From: Felis catus
Lineage: Eukaryota
DNA: 64,000 bases
Direction: 5' to 3'
Assembly (NCBI RefSeq): GCF_018350175.1
Contig: NC_058368.1
Location: forward strand, 203,610,001 to 203,674,000
Made by a program: the position numbers and the translations under genes
Shown here: in pieces, positions 50,200-64,000 of the stretch
Layout of the letters: every line of letters begins with the position of its first letter
How positions within the stretch are numbered: position 1 is the first letter of the stretch
Notes under the pieces: model-generated
Database searches by the model: none
What the model was told of the DNA's origin: nothing
Seen by the model: only the letters and a program-made list of their open reading frames with translations

Positions 50200-50845
50200 G
50201 TTTTAAAGATGTCACTTCTCAAATTGACTTTTGGATTTATTTAATTTTAACCTAAATTATAAAAGGGTTTTACAAGGAATTTGATAAGCTCATTCTAAGT
50301 TTATGTGGAAAAACAAAAATAATCAAAGTATTGCTGAAGAAGGATAAGAAGATGGTGTATGATAAGCCCTCGTGAAACATCAATGTTTATTGTAAAGCTG
50401 TAATAATTAAGACAGTATGGCATGGAAATGGGATAGCCAAATTGACTAATGTAACTAAATTTGAAGGCCAGAAACAAACCCATACATCTAAGGATATGAG
50501 AATATGAGACAAATGAGAGAAATGAATTATAACTCCCTCAAGAAAGGCTGAGCCCTTAAAAAAAAAAGTCTGGGATCACCAATAAGACCACAAAGGAAAA
50601 TTAAAATTTAATTAGTACCTTATGCTATTTATAAACATTTCTAATGGATTAAAGACATGTGGAAGGAAAACTTCAAAATTTAAGAAACCAAGGTAGAATA
50701 CCCATGACCTTGAGGAAGGACAGAATGTATTAAATTAGGTACAAGAAAAAACTGATGACAAAAAATAGGTTGATTAGATTACATTAAAATTAAGAATTTC
50801 TATTAATATAGCAAAAGCAAATCATCAACAAAGTGAAAACAACCT
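50200..50845 (+). mobile_element. Old L1M ORF2 fragment (sense)
   Basis: ttgataagctcattctaagtttatgtggaaa; aaagctgtaataattaagacagtatggcatgg; attacattaaaattaagaatttct. Confidence 0.7.
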
Positions 50846-51289
50846 AGGGATCGGGTTGTTGCCAGGAATTAGTTTTTTTTAACTCCCCCAAATGAGTATA
50901 ATGTTTATTCAGTATTAACAGCCATTTTCTTAGATTTTTATATCTTAAAACCTTTCTAAATTATGTCACTATATAAGTTGCTTAATAACAGATAATGTGA
51001 AATACTCTATTTACAATATTCTTTCTGATAAATGTTACATGGCATATTCATTTAATAGCATTTTTCTATGATGTAAAATGTGAGAGCATACCCGTGGCAC
51101 CTGTGGTTTGGGCACCTCATGTCAGAACCAATCTGCCACTTTTACTTAGTACCATCACCTATTGCCGCCCAAAACCTCACTCACTTGGGACAAATCACTC
51201 CTGGATTAGTCTCCTCTTACATACTGAGCCTTGTTATTATCCCAGAGAAGCTCAAAATCCACACACACAAACACCAAAAATGAAAAGCC

Positions 51290-51660
51290 ATAATCTCTAG
51301 TCTTATAGATCCATGACTTCCTGAAGTCCTGAAAACTACTTCTACTCCTCGTAGATAGCCAACCACAGTCTGCCCTCCTTATCTTACCTGACCTCAATTA
51401 ACACTTAGCAATATTACTCAGTCCTTGGTAACCCATTCCCCCTGTCCTTGTCATGCTACTCTTGTGGCATCTCTTCTCTTTGGCTATTGCTTCTTATTCT
51501 CCTTCATCAGCTTTTCTTCTAACATTCTCCCCTAATTGTGTCTTTCAGTGTCGCTCTTCTTCAGTTCTTGTTTTCTAAACACTTCCCGTGGGTAGTTTCG
51601 TCAGTGATTTTGGCTGCAATTGTCATCCATCAGTGAAACCAAAGAACTGTGCCCCCACTT
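51290..51660 (+). mobile_element. L2 internal relic
   Basis: Pyrimidine-rich with ctccttatcttacctgacctc, typical of L2 ORF2. Confidence 0.5.
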
Positions 51661-54600
51661 CCTCTAAGAAAACATGGCTAAAAGTGGATATTTATACTAT
51701 TTTGGTTACATATATTTCATATGTATCATTATTTGAAGGTACGTAGTTGGGTTCTTTTTTTCTCATTTTTAAATTACATACATAATTGAAAACATATTCT
51801 TTGGCAAAAGTGTCAAATCGCCATCAAATTCAAAAAGAGCCTACCACCAAGAAAAGTGGAGCATTGAAGTCTAGGCAAGTGAAGTCATTTCTAACTGATC
51901 AACTGAATTTAAATCATCCACCTACTGCTCCAGTGCAAACATAGGAGGTAATATTTGTTGTCTCAGGAGAATCACAATTGTCATCAACTACTTGCTTTTA
52001 TTTTCGGTGTAAAGGTTTAGTCTCCTGAACTATACATAATCTCCCACCTCTGCAGAGAGACTTAGGTGTTTCACTTCTTTAGGAGAACACTTTGAGAATG
52101 ATGAACCTCAAACTGGATTAGAAGCAAGTTTCTGGTGCCCTAGCACCATCTTCATTTACAAACTGCCCAGATGATTCTGTTACAAATCACAGGAGCTCAG
52201 TCTGGTCCAATGTTGAAGACGTAGTAGTGACAGACAGGTACTTATTAATTGATTGATGTCTATCTAAAACAGCGGGAAATTTGATACCATACTTAACATA
52301 CAGAAAAAGATGACACTTTTCTCGTAGGCAAAAATGTCGTTACTTTGCTTTTGCTTTTATTTCCTCTTTAGCAATTGACTTTGGATGCAAAGAGGGTACC
52401 TTTCTTGCATTAATGCAATCATTATCCCTCAATTTCCTTTGACACAAGAAGCTTAGAGGTATCATATGAACACATAATCTATAAACCTCCCCAAAATTCT
52501 CAGTTTGTAGGATGTTTCCCTTTGTATAATTTAAAATTGTATTCATAGTTATTCAACATAAATCATGATTATCTGTCTTCTGTGACTTCTACTCCTTTCC
52601 GTTTTTTCAAGCAGTCACATTTCCATCATTAAATATCGTTTAAATCATGATTATCTAGAGAAAATAATTTAAAATATGGGAGAATAAAACCCGTATCCCA
52701 GCACCAATCACAAACCATGCTTAACCACAGGACACACAGTTTGAGAAGCAAGATGTGACACAGCCTTAAATTTAGCCCCTAAGCACCGTAAGATGTTTAG
52801 TGAGCCATTATTTTCACAGTTCATCACAATGAGTAGCTTTGCCATACTTACTTTATAGGGAACATTTTATCCACCCCATAAAAGTCTTATTTTCCCCCTC
52901 CCCTCTTCTTTAAGCAAGGGTTGACAATCAGACATCGAATTTTAATGTGCAAGAATGTCCCCAGTTCACTGAGATTAGAAGCTTTCATTTTCAAGATTCT
53001 AGTCTAGCTTCAGGAAAACTTCTCTAACACTCTCCACCATAATATATTGCTACTGCTTTGACTTTCATTCACCAAATAACTCCATTAATTACCAGCAACC
53101 AGACTTCACTTCCTTATGATGTTTTGTGCACCTGGTTTGCAGACGGGATGTAGTAACAGAAGCCGACACTGCACACCCAGACCGCAGTACAGGCCAGCAT
53201 GTTGGCTACACTAAACTAATTTTATGTGTCTGTGGAAAACAGAGTTTTGGATTTCAACCAGCTGAAATTGCTGTTTGCCACTTCTCTATTCAACACGAAC
53301 GTCATTCTGGACAAAGTCAGAACAAGGAAAGTGGATTTTCAAGATGGTGACCAAGTCATCATTTACTTGTAGGTCCTACTCAAGTAAACACGGATTCACA
53401 TGTTGAAATGGAAACCACACGAATCAGAGCCTCCCAATAATTTGGACTTTGGTCATTGACTTTGCATATGAACAGCATATCTTTCTAGTAATAATTTCAC
53501 AATAAAGTCTGAGGGCTCCTCTGGAAAAAAAATAAATACCTTAAGAGTCTGCATTCTTATTTACCATTTATGTCTATATTCAGAGACTTGAAATGTTTAC
53601 TTAAAATAAGTCTTAAAATGCTTTCTCTGCATGTGGCATGAGCTCCATGACTATAACATGCCCAATAAATATTTGGGGAAAAGAAAAATGCTTTGTTTTT
53701 ATCGTGAAATCAGACTTTCTTCACTCCTATTTCTCTCACGTTAACATGTTAGGCCATATTCGGAAGGTTTTCTGGTAAGAAATTAGCCAGAGGAGCTGTC
53801 TTTGGATCTTCCCTCTCTGAGATCTTTTTAATAAAACCTCGAAATAAAAGCGCTGATGATGTTCTAGTGAACTGTCCCAAGACCAGGCATGTAGGGTGTG
53901 AGGAGCAGACGGTCTATGAGAGAGTGAGAAAAGTACATCCCACACTTCCACTAGGGGGTTATACTAAGATACAGGTGGGGTAGGGACCATAGTGTAATTC
54001 TTCAAAGATCTCCAGCACAGCTGAGTTGAGAACTACAGACCACTTTTAGGTACATTACAAAAAAATCCTCATACTAACTTCAGCATTCTAAAATAAAATG
54101 CAAAAAGATGTATTCTTGGGCTGTATATGCTGTCTCTAGACCCCATGGACCTCACTTTAGGGAGGTTGAGGGTCACAAAACTAATGCAGGACCGCCTTAG
54201 GGCCACTGTGTGGCACCCCGGGAGACAACCAGAATCCTTCCATAATAACAACACACTATTTGAACCAAATTTATTTTACTTCTCGTAAGTTATCAAGAAA
54301 AATGGAATGAGGTGACTGATTTTGTGGGAGGACCAGGGTGAAGAGACAGGCATGATAGAAATATTTCAAGTTACAGAAAACTGGAAATTTTAATTTCTTC
54401 TCTCTTAGGGATAGGGCTACTCCATTTAAAATTAAATGGTTTGGCTCAGAAAATATTTAATACGCTATTTTTTTTCTAAAGTAAGAACAGATATAAAGGT
54501 AGAGAAGTTGCTGGACTATACAACAAAATGAAGTCTACAACAGCATTTCTTCTAATATTAATTTCATCACTGAAGAAATAATTGCAATTTTTCTTCTAGA

Positions 54601-55175
54601 GAACAGACTTTGATAGAAATGTCAAAAGATTTTTGCTAACTTTATCTTTTAATCTTAGTCTTTGTGGCAATTATTCCCAGACCTTATTGTGGTTTCCTGC
54701 ACAAAATTATACCCTTAAGCTTAGCAGCCTTGCATTTACTACAGGCCCAGGACAATAAAAAGTCAACAGCAGGAGAAAATATGTTTTATATGTTCAGTTA
54801 ACTTTACGCAGAACTGGAAAATATTGGCAAGTGGCACTTAATTATGTTATTCTAGTTTCTTTAATATATATAAAAATTGTCAACCTGAATGGAGATGATT
54901 AATTTCCGGTTATTTAGAGGTAGAGTAACTATTATTATTTAAAGCGTTCAAATAATAGCCTCTGTATTTACGATTTTGAAATTCTTTCCCTCTTCAATTT
55001 ATAGTATTATCATTTAGTTTTAAATTATCTTTAAATATAAAATGAAGAAAAAGTGATTTTATTGAAGACACATAAAAATATAAACAACTTAATTTCTTTA
55101 GCAGGTTGATTTGGGACTTATATTAGTTTAATATTCTTTGGATCAGAGATCTTCCCATCGGTGGTAGGGTATGTA

Positions 55176-55928
55176 TGCATTAGTTATATATTGCTATATA
55201 ATGAATTACTCCAAAACTTGGCTGCTTTAAACAATAGACATTTATTTTCTTACAGTTTTGGTGGTCCAGAAATTCAGGAGCGGCTTCACTGAGTGGTTCT
55301 GGCTCAGGCTGTCTCATGAGATTGCAGGCAAGGTGACAGCAAGGGCTGCAGTCATCTGAGTGCCTGGCTGGGGCTAGGGAATCTGCTTCCAAAAGTGCTC
55401 ACTCTTTTATGCCTATGGGCAAGGGGCTTCAGTTCCCCACTGGTTGTTGGCAGGAAGCATCAGGTCCTTGCACATGGGTTTTTCCATAGTCTTCTTGAGT
55501 GTCCTTACAGAATGGCGGCTGGAGTTGCCAAAAGAAAGTCATATAAGGGGCACCTGGGTGGCTCAGTTGGTTAAGAGTTCAACTTGGGCTCAGGTCATGA
55601 TCTCTTGTGACTTCAAGCCCCACATCAGGCTCACTGCTGTCATCTCAGAGCCTGCTTCAGACCCTCTGTCCCCTTCTCTCTCTGCCCCCCTTCACTTGTG
55701 CTCTCTCTCTCTCTCTCAAAAATAAACAAAAAAACATTTTTAAAAAGTTATATAAAGCAAGAAAGCAAGAGGAAGCCACAATGTGTTATCACCTAGCTTC
55801 AGAAGTCACATTCCATCATTTCCACAATATCCTATAGGTTACACAAGGTATCTCTGTTTCACATGGGAGGAAACTATACCAGGATGTGAATACCAGGAGA
55901 TAGAGATTGTTGAGATGAGCTACACCAA
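55176..55928 (-). mobile_element. MaLR LTR (MLT1F/G/H-like) interrupted by a Can-SINE
   Basis: attagttatatattgct...ccaaaacttggctgctttaaacaata...tggctcaggctgtctcatgagattgcag and cctagcttcagaagtcaca...gtgaataccaggag. Confidence 0.75.
55547..55743 (+). mobile_element. Can-SINE
   Basis: TSD aaagtcatataa / aaagttatataa. Confidence 0.92.
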
Positions 55929-56178
55929 TCTAGGCCAGAGGAGGAGAGGGACAGGGACAGGAGGAAATGAAAGGGGGAGGGTGAAGAAGAAGAAGAAAAG
56001 AAAGGAGGAGGAGAGAAGGAGGAGGAAGAGGGAAACACGACAGAAAGGAAAAAATCCCCATACACATGAAAGATGGACTGCAAGGTCATAGACAGTAAGA
56101 ATTTCAGAGTATGAGTAGTTGGCACATTTTTAGTATTAAAATGTTTCTGGGAAATATCTGCACGAAAGCTACTCACAC

Positions 56179-56932
56179 TTTATTTATTTTTAAATATAAT
56201 TTATTGTCAAATTGGCTTACATACAACACCCAGTGCTCATCCCAGCAAGTGCCCTCCTCAATGCCCATCACCCATTTTCCCTCTCCCCCACTCCCCCCAC
56301 CCACCTTCAGTTTGTTCTGTTTTTAAGAGTCTCTTGTGGTTTGCCTCCCTCCCTCTCTGTTTGTATTTTTCCTCCTCCCTTCCCCCATGGTCGTCTGTTA
56401 AGTTTTCAAGATCCACATATGAGTGAAAACATATGATATATGTCCTTCTCTGGCTGACCTATTTCACTTAGCATAACACCTTCCAGTTCCATCCATATTG
56501 CTGCAAATGACAGGACTTCATTCTTTCTCATTGCCAAGTAGTATTGCATTATGTATATAAACCACGTCTTTATCCATTCATCAGTCAATGGACATTTAGG
56601 CTCTCTCCATGATTTGGCTATTGCTGAAAGCGCTACTATAAACATTGGGTTACATGTGCCCCTATACATTAGCACTCCGGTATCCCTTGGGTAAATTCCT
56701 AGAAGTGCTATTGCTGGGTCATAGGGTAGTTCTATTTTTAATTTTTTTAGGAACCTCCACACTGGTTTCCAGAGCGGCTGCACCAGTTTGCATTCCCACC
56801 AACAGTGCAAGAGGGTTCCCATTTCTCCACATCGTCTCTAGCATCTATAGTCCCCTGATTTGTTCACTTTAGCCACTCTGACTGGTGTGAGCTGGTATCT
56901 CAGTGTGGCTTTGATTTGTATTTCTCTGATGA
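56179..56932 (-). mobile_element. 5'-truncated felid L1 (~750 bp)
   Basis: ORF 56406-56822 is the ORF2 C-terminus ([18 protein letters not shown]...[14 protein letters not shown]); TSD tactcacacttta (56170) / tactcacagttta (56933). Confidence 0.95.
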
Positions 56933-57889
56933 TACTCACAGTTTAAAATAAAATGCAAATGCAAGTGATCAAAACCCTGTGGGATTCTGGGCATGTACCT
57001 GCCTTTTATTCATTTATTTGAATTTCAATTCTCAAATCTTTCAGTAATTGATACTTATCATGATTGCTGCTTAGATTTTCTACTCTCTCTGAACACTAAG
57101 ACAACAGAGAATAACATGTATAAGAAGGACCTCATGAAATTTTTCCAGTAGAAGTTTAACTCAAACGATATAAATAATAATTTGTTATCATTTGAGTCGA
57201 AAGCTGACATTGTTGGTTACTATCAGTCCATGACTACATAACTAAAAAGTGGTATTTGTAAACTATAATCTGAGTTTGTACATATATAAATGAAACTTCT
57301 GCTAAAAATGCCACATGTGTATCCTATGTGTAACAGAGACCATACAGAGGTATAAACACACAACATTTTTGCAGTTTCTCAAAGTCCTATTGGGTGACCA
57401 ACTTTCTTGACAAGAAATCTTCAAAGGAAATATCATTTAGCGTGGATTGGTTTTATTTCCTCATTACTGACTTTCTAGTTGCACTCATTCTTCTAGACCT
57501 TCCAGAATGACAATGTTCCCTAATGGAGTCAAACCATGTCCCCCACCATCCAGGAAATGATGGTGAGAAATACAGGAATAGTGAGGTCAGATACTTTGTT
57601 TGCCTAATGTCTGCCCGTAGGACAAGATGGCCAGAAAAAAACACAGCCTTAAATTAAAGATAGACACTAGCTTGAAGGGAAACACAGTGAATCTAACTGC
57701 AAAAGATGGTAACTGAGCCCAGTAGAAAAAAAATAAAGTAAAATTAAAATTAAAAAAGGACTTAGAAGGAAATGAGCTGAAAGAAGGGAGAAACAGCAGA
57801 AAGGATGCACTGAGTTAACATGGAGCAACGAATGTACTATACAACTGGGGGAAATGCAAAGCAAAAACGAAATAAAACAAAAACAAAAC

Positions 57890-57894
<5 letters not shown>

Positions 57895-57943
<49 letters not shown>

Positions 57944-57980
57944 CAGAGAGACAGAGAGGAAAGAGAAAAAAGAGACAGAA
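57895..57980. repeat. (GA)n microsatellite with degenerate flank
   Basis: Direct reading of the sequence. Confidence 0.95.
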
Positions 57981-60396
57981 AGAGCTTTATTAGAATTAGC
58001 ATCCAGCACAGCAGGTACCAAGAAACATACTTCAGAACATCAACTACCAGCAGAAAGATACTCTTACCCACACACAGACATGATACAAGAGGCAGAAGAG
58101 AGTCTTGGGGTTACAGCTGGCTCACTAGTCAGAAGTGAGGAGTGGAGTTAGAGACGAATCTAGGCTTGTATTTAGGGAGTGCTAAGCCTCATAGCAAAGG
58201 ACATCTTATAGATGTGTTTTGCAGGCAAGGGTAGGAAGAAGTTGGGAGGAGCTGGGGATAAAGAAAATGTGGCACAAAAAGTCAGGAGATTCCAAACAGC
58301 ATCAGGTGTCACAACGGAAGCAAAGAAGGTTGGAGAACAGGGCCCAGACAAGTTCTGAAGATTATACTCTTCTAGTTATTTTCCCAGACACAAATGACAG
58401 AGCTCCAGCACTAAAATCTCCTAATGGCACAGAGCAACTTGTCACAAGAAGATGACCCATTAATCAAGAAACCATGAATCAGCCATTAATTATCCAAGCC
58501 ACGAGAGACTACAGAACTCCTAATGTCAAGGAAGCTTTACTGAAATACTTAATTTTCAAAGTTCCACATATGGAGTTATATTCATACATGCAGTATATTA
58601 CCAGACACTCCATGGATACCAAATGAGCTATTCTTTTGCTTGAATTTCTTACTTCCCTATGACTTAAAAATGTAAGAAGAAAGTAATGTTACCTTTGGGC
58701 ATTTTTAGTAGGAGGCTAAATGAATGTGAGTGGGGGTTAGCCATGAAGTAATCAAGGATGTGGCTCAAAATATAGAGGTGGAATAAATTGAAGAGCCAAG
58801 TAGCTCTACAAATCTGTGGTTCTATTGACCACATTAGAGTATCAATTTATATAAACAGTGCACTTTTAATCTTTTGAAGTCCTTCCACATATTTTCCGTA
58901 TTCCATCTCATAGCCTTACAACAGTCCTGGGCTAAGTTGGGTAGGTATAATTACATCTGTTCCTTTAGCTGGAGAAATAGACTCGCAGAGGATAAATGAC
59001 TTGTACAAGCTGGTAAGGAACAGATCTATGGCATAAACATACCATGAATCCCAGTATGGTCTGTCTCCCCGAGACCAGTGCTTCAGGAACTTGAAACAAA
59101 TCACTAGGAATCTTGCTCAACTACAGATTCTGATGTAGAAGTTCTAGGGGTGGGACTCAAGATTCTGCATTTCCCCAGGTAATACTAATGCTACTGGGCT
59201 GCAGTTCTAAACCAGAGGGCATCTAATCCAGTAATCCTTTAATTCAGTAGCTGTATATCAATTATTCTTTTAAAATATGGATTCAAGACCTTTAGCTCAG
59301 GGGATTCAGCGGATCTGGTACAGAACGCTGATCTCTGATTTTTTTTTTTTTAAGTTCCATCAGTGATTCTGATTAATAACCAGGGATGAGAATGTTTTCA
59401 CACTTACTTAGTACCTATACTGTACATTTAAAAATCTTGAAGCAAGTCTTTTCACTGCAATTATTAGGAGTTCTAGTTCCATCCTAACTCACCACAAGAG
59501 AACTTTTTCATACATTTGTAGAATATTGAATTCTTTCAGATTTCCATCCCTCATCTTTCGATCTTGAGATTTTCATTTCTCTAGTTCCCAAGGTACAAAA
59601 TTTCCCACCACTCTATAATGTCACAAGATGTCAGTTTCACTCATTTTTGTTTTAAATAACATCACTTACAAATTTCAATCCCTATTTTCTTTGACCTTTT
59701 AAGATGTCTATGGTTCTTGGAGAATGTATTGTCCAAGTGCAATTTTCATTATAAGGCACAGTTTAGAGGTCTGTACAGAGAGATAAGGATGAAGTATTCA
59801 AGACATAAAAATCATTGCAAGAATTACATTCTGGAAGGGGGAAAAAAACTATTATCTGAGTGACAATTAAAGAGATGGCCACCTAACTGCCACAGTTAAG
59901 CTTCCCAAGTGAGCACACAGCAAAGACTGGTTGAGTTAAGAGCAAGCGCTGACAGAAGGTTTAGAAATGATGTGCCCTACTGGTCTTGCATGTGGTCTTT
60001 GAGGGTTTGATAAACCAGCAAGTTATCTTCCAGAATTTCCACTCATTGATTTGAGGTACAAGTTAAGAACTAAGGACACACATAGCTTTTTTTTTTTTTC
60101 CTTATAAGGATGACCTTGGCTTTCAATTGCTAAACTCTACTGTAGCCCATGTTACCCTTTGTATAAAAGCAAACAAATGGTGGTCATAAGGCTGTGGGAT
60201 TCTGGAAGAACAGTCCAGGCAATTGTGAGTTCTCCCCACCACCAAGAGTCTCAAACCCATAATCTCAATTTATTAATGTCACTGCCTTTGGATACTAATA
60301 GGGTAATGTCACCAAGGCAGAGAGGTTTTCTCAGTTTACAGTGTTCTTAATATCACAGTAATTATTTCACAGCACATCCTAAGCTAAAAGAAATAT

Positions 60397-60494
60397 CTAA
60401 CAGTTCTGTTTATTCAATAGTTAGGGTCTAACCATTTGTAAGTACCTAACAGTTCTATTTATTCAATAGTTAGGGTCTAACCATTTGTAAGTAC
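60397..60494. repeat. 49-bp tandem duplication (1 mismatch)
   Basis: ctaacagttct(g/a)tttattcaatagttagggtctaaccatttgtaagtac x2. Confidence 0.95.
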
Positions 60495-61169
60495 TTATAT
60501 CCTAACAATTCAGCGCCTATTGAGCACTGAGTACAATATCTCAAACCTTGCAATCAAAAGGAACACAGCTACCTCCATGTCCTGTTTCAAAATGGTTTTC
60601 ACTTGGTCCTTGCTTTTTACCATAGAAAACCCAGCCTCACAAAAACATGACATGAAAAAATAGAACGTAGCAATCCAATGTTTAAACTATTAGTTCATGT
60701 AGTGCCCAAAAGAGGTTACCGTATTTTTCTTGAAAATTTAAAATATTCAGCTATGTCCCTATAAATCTGCTGCAGCACTCCAAAATGCCTTTGTACACAA
60801 TTTAGAAACGGTGGCTTTAGCAAATTTGAAACCCAACACTCAGATTTCTGGTCCTGGCTCCTGAATCTTCTAGACCAATGTCTTACAGAGAAAGTCTATT
60901 AATACTCTGATCTTCAATTTCTTCATTTAAAATTCATCAACAATTTCATCATCTTAAGAAGGAACATAACCAAAAGTACTTTGTACATAGAAATGCTATA
61001 CTAGAGATGTAGAGTATTTTCTTAAAAGTGAGTTGGTCTTGTATCATGAATTTTAAACTTTTGTCTTTTGGAATACAGAATCCCTTCTTCAATAAAACAT
61101 CCTTGAGATACAGAGCACATGTATGAGATTAAACACAGGAATACTCCATTGGAAAAAGGCATGCTGGTC

Positions 61170-61605
61170 ACTTTCCTCAGACCCAGCCCTTAATCTCTTC
61201 ATGCTCTGTTGTGTCCCGAGGAGGATGGACTCCCGCTGTTTCCCACTTTCTTGCAGATTGGTGTATCACTGGGCTCGTCTTGTAGGCTACCGGATGGAGA
61301 ATCTAATATCCCCCTACTCTGCCTCCCAGAAACATCTTCAGTAGTCCTATTTTCTGTCCCCCACTAAAGGCCCCCTCCTAACAAAGCTCCCATTCCCATC
61401 ACATGGCCTCAGCTCCTCCATCTATTTCCCCCCCAGACCTTTGGGTAAGGGTGGATTGCTGCAGGTGCTTATCTTGGAGTTTCCTCAACTTCCTCAGGTT
61501 GCACTTTCAAGCTCTTCTAACCTGTAGCTAATTTTCTGTATTAAATTACCTACATCAGTTTTTTTGCTGTTGGCTTTATTTATAACTGGTCCCTAACTGA
61601 TTCTA
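61170..61605 (+). mobile_element. ERVL LTR relic (LTR33-like)
   Basis: GC-richer block ending ttctgtattaaattacct...actggtccctaactgattc. Family assignment tentative. Confidence 0.4.
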
Positions 61606-64000
61606 AGGTGTGAATGGCCCAGAGGCCCCCTCCAGGCCCCAGGTCTCTTCACATGGTGTTCCTCAGTCACATCTGAAAAACTCAAGGCTCATTCCCCACT
61701 CTATCACTAAAAAGCTGAGCAATCTTAGGTAAGTCACAGAACATCTCTGAGCCCCATTTTGCTCACTCAGCAAGGACCATACTTACCTTGACCTCTCCTG
61801 ATAAATGAAAAGTATTTGGGATGACTTAAAGATTAGACTGACCTTTTATTACGTCCCAAAATTTTGCATATTTGGATGAAGGGTTTATTATTAAAAAATA
61901 AAGATTTTGGTTCCCAAGAAACCCAAAAAATATGCCTCTCCTCTGCCTCCCACCTCCGTCACAAACCAGGCCTACCTTAAAGACAGAAAATTCTAAACGG
62001 TTCTTTCAAACAATTAGATTAAATGAGAATTAATCGACTTCCATCAGTTGTAACAAAGTTAAAACAGAGCTTGTTTACAGCCACTGATTCATGTTTCTAT
62101 TCTGATCCTGGTGTTTATGCCTCACAGCCCACACTGGTATTGTGCTCATTCCTTCTTGTATTGTGGCTTCAGCACTTCCAGAGTGGTTTTAGTCACTCCT
62201 AGTCCAGATTTTAGGTTCATGTACTCAGAGATAATTACCCTCGGTTGCAAGGAGGATGCACACATGACAGAAGATGGAATTAGACAATTATGGTTTGAGA
62301 GCTGCCGTTCCAAACAGAAAAGTTGAAATATATATGTTTGTAAATAACTGTGGCCTGGTGTAGATTACAGGTTTTGCTTTTTTCTCAATAAAAATTGTTT
62401 TCTTTAAGTTTCACTTTCTGAGTTGCTGTAGTATCAACTCTGTCTGATGGAAAGAAGACATTTGGGTCCATGTTGCTAACACACACAGTCGGATCCATGA
62501 CTGAGTACTGACGAAAGAGACTACAGCAATCTGAATACATCGTATTATGACTCCTCTTATCAGCCTTTAGGCTATTATAAATTTGGACAGGAGAAAGATT
62601 GAGTCTTTTACAACATGTATTTCCAGTGCCAGCAGAGTTTCCTGGCACGTAGGTGGTTTTCAAAACACCTGAGATGAATTAATTAATACAAGGCTCTATT
62701 AAGACCAACTGATGCCCTCAGCAGTCAACAATGGTGCCCCCTCAGCCATGGCTGAGAAAATGAAGTGCTGAGGATCATATACACAAATCAGCTGGTAAGT
62801 TAAATGCTAACCAGACTCAGCAGCTATGTTTCCATTGGATAGAAGTGAAACTCTCACGCCAGAAGATAGAAACAAATGCGGTATCTGATAACAGCTTGAA
62901 CCCCAAATTTTAGTCACTCACTAGGACAAAGAAAATGTTTAGTAATAACAGACGAAAGCAAAATATGGCAAATAAAGTTAACAAAAAAATGAACTAAACT
63001 GAAGAGAAGCAGGGAAAGAGTTCAAGGCAAAGTAGGTGAGGTGGTGAGAGACTCTAGTGTCCCCCTTCCCTTGGTACATCTGCCGATATTGCTTAATGAT
63101 TAATCAAGGGCTGAATGGATGGCAGAAAATGCAGAGCTAATATTACAGAAAGTCTCTCTTAACAGTCTCCCATCTGGTTTTCCTAAAATACTTGAAGCCT
63201 CAGACCACAGTTCTATTCCATGATTCTTCCTTCTTCATACACCTCTCCCCCTTTCCCCAATCCTACGACATCATGCTTGACTTGGGGTTTTCCTCTTGTA
63301 GCACCCTGCTCTCACTGCCTAAGCTTTCACCTCTCAGAACTGGTCTTCTGTAGCCACCTAGTCGACCATTTTTGTTACGTAATGTGCACAACACTGTGGA
63401 AAGCATGAGAAGCCTAGACTATAAAGGAAAGAAAAAACAACAGCAATTTCCTCATTCTGAAAATAGTTACTATCTAGCTTGATGGCCAATGCACAGCTGT
63501 ATGAAAATATTCTGGGTCTCAATCTCATCGTTATTTCAACAGCAAAAAGTAGGTTTTTTTAATTCTACTATTCTTTTACCAGGAGACTTACCAGAAAGTA
63601 ACAAATCACCAAGTACAAATTGATACAGTATTTGCAAATTGACTCAGTATATTTGGAGATTTACTAAGTCAGACAAAGTTATGCAAAAGTCAGAGTTAAA
63701 TGGGTTAGACTTCTGAGAAGAGGGTACAGTTTGAATGATATTGGATAACTAAGATCTCAGGAAAGGGAAACCCTCAAGAAGTTTCTCATTCTACACCCTA
63801 TTATCCAGCTTTATCAAATCTTAACATTATTTCTTACTTTTCTCAAATCCTTTATTTTTAAGCAATAATGGTAAAACAACAGTGATTCCTGTGATCTTGA
63901 TCATATTCAAAGATCAAGAATGGACAAATTAATTAATTAATGGACAAATATGCATACTGTGGAATATTCTATAATAGTTACAAAAAATAAGTATCAATAC

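Noticed and set aside
56406..56822. 138-aa ORF, the longest in the window
   Set aside because: It is the L1 ORF2 C-terminus of a 5'-truncated copy, not a host gene.
57667..58138. Overlapping ORFs with SLSL/ERER runs
   Set aside because: Artefacts of the (GA)n microsatellite; the same applies to SINE-derived and (CA)n-derived ORFs elsewhere.
60421..60475. TTAGGG hexamers as interstitial telomere sequence
   Set aside because: Only one hexamer per 49-bp duplicated unit, with no tandem array.

Overview
Mammalian genomic DNA from a cat-family (Felidae) genome, inferred from many SINEC_Fc-type Can-SINEs and carnivore L1 3' ends. It holds the 3' half of FGF10 on the + strand: the distal ~17 kb of intron 1, exon 2 (17145-17248), intron 2, exon 3 CDS (21285-21482) and a long repeat-poor 3' UTR/flank. 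About 40 kb of gene-free downstream DNA follows, rich in SINEs, LINEs, LTR/MaLR relics and DNA-transposon relics. FGF10 is the only protein-coding gene I can support; the other ORFs are repeat-derived or chance. I see no novel multi-gene system. The most unusual signals are retrotransposition and repair footprints: a tailless U6 5' retrocopy whose target site mimics U6 nt 26-46, a twin-primed L1 carrying a fold-back duplication, two cases of a SINE re-inserting into an earlier SINE's TSD, and a tailless L1 patch inside an MLT1. There are also candidate T-box/NKX and PBX-HOX/MEIS enhancer motif clusters around FGF10. Repeat family names and human comparisons are from memory, not from a database search.
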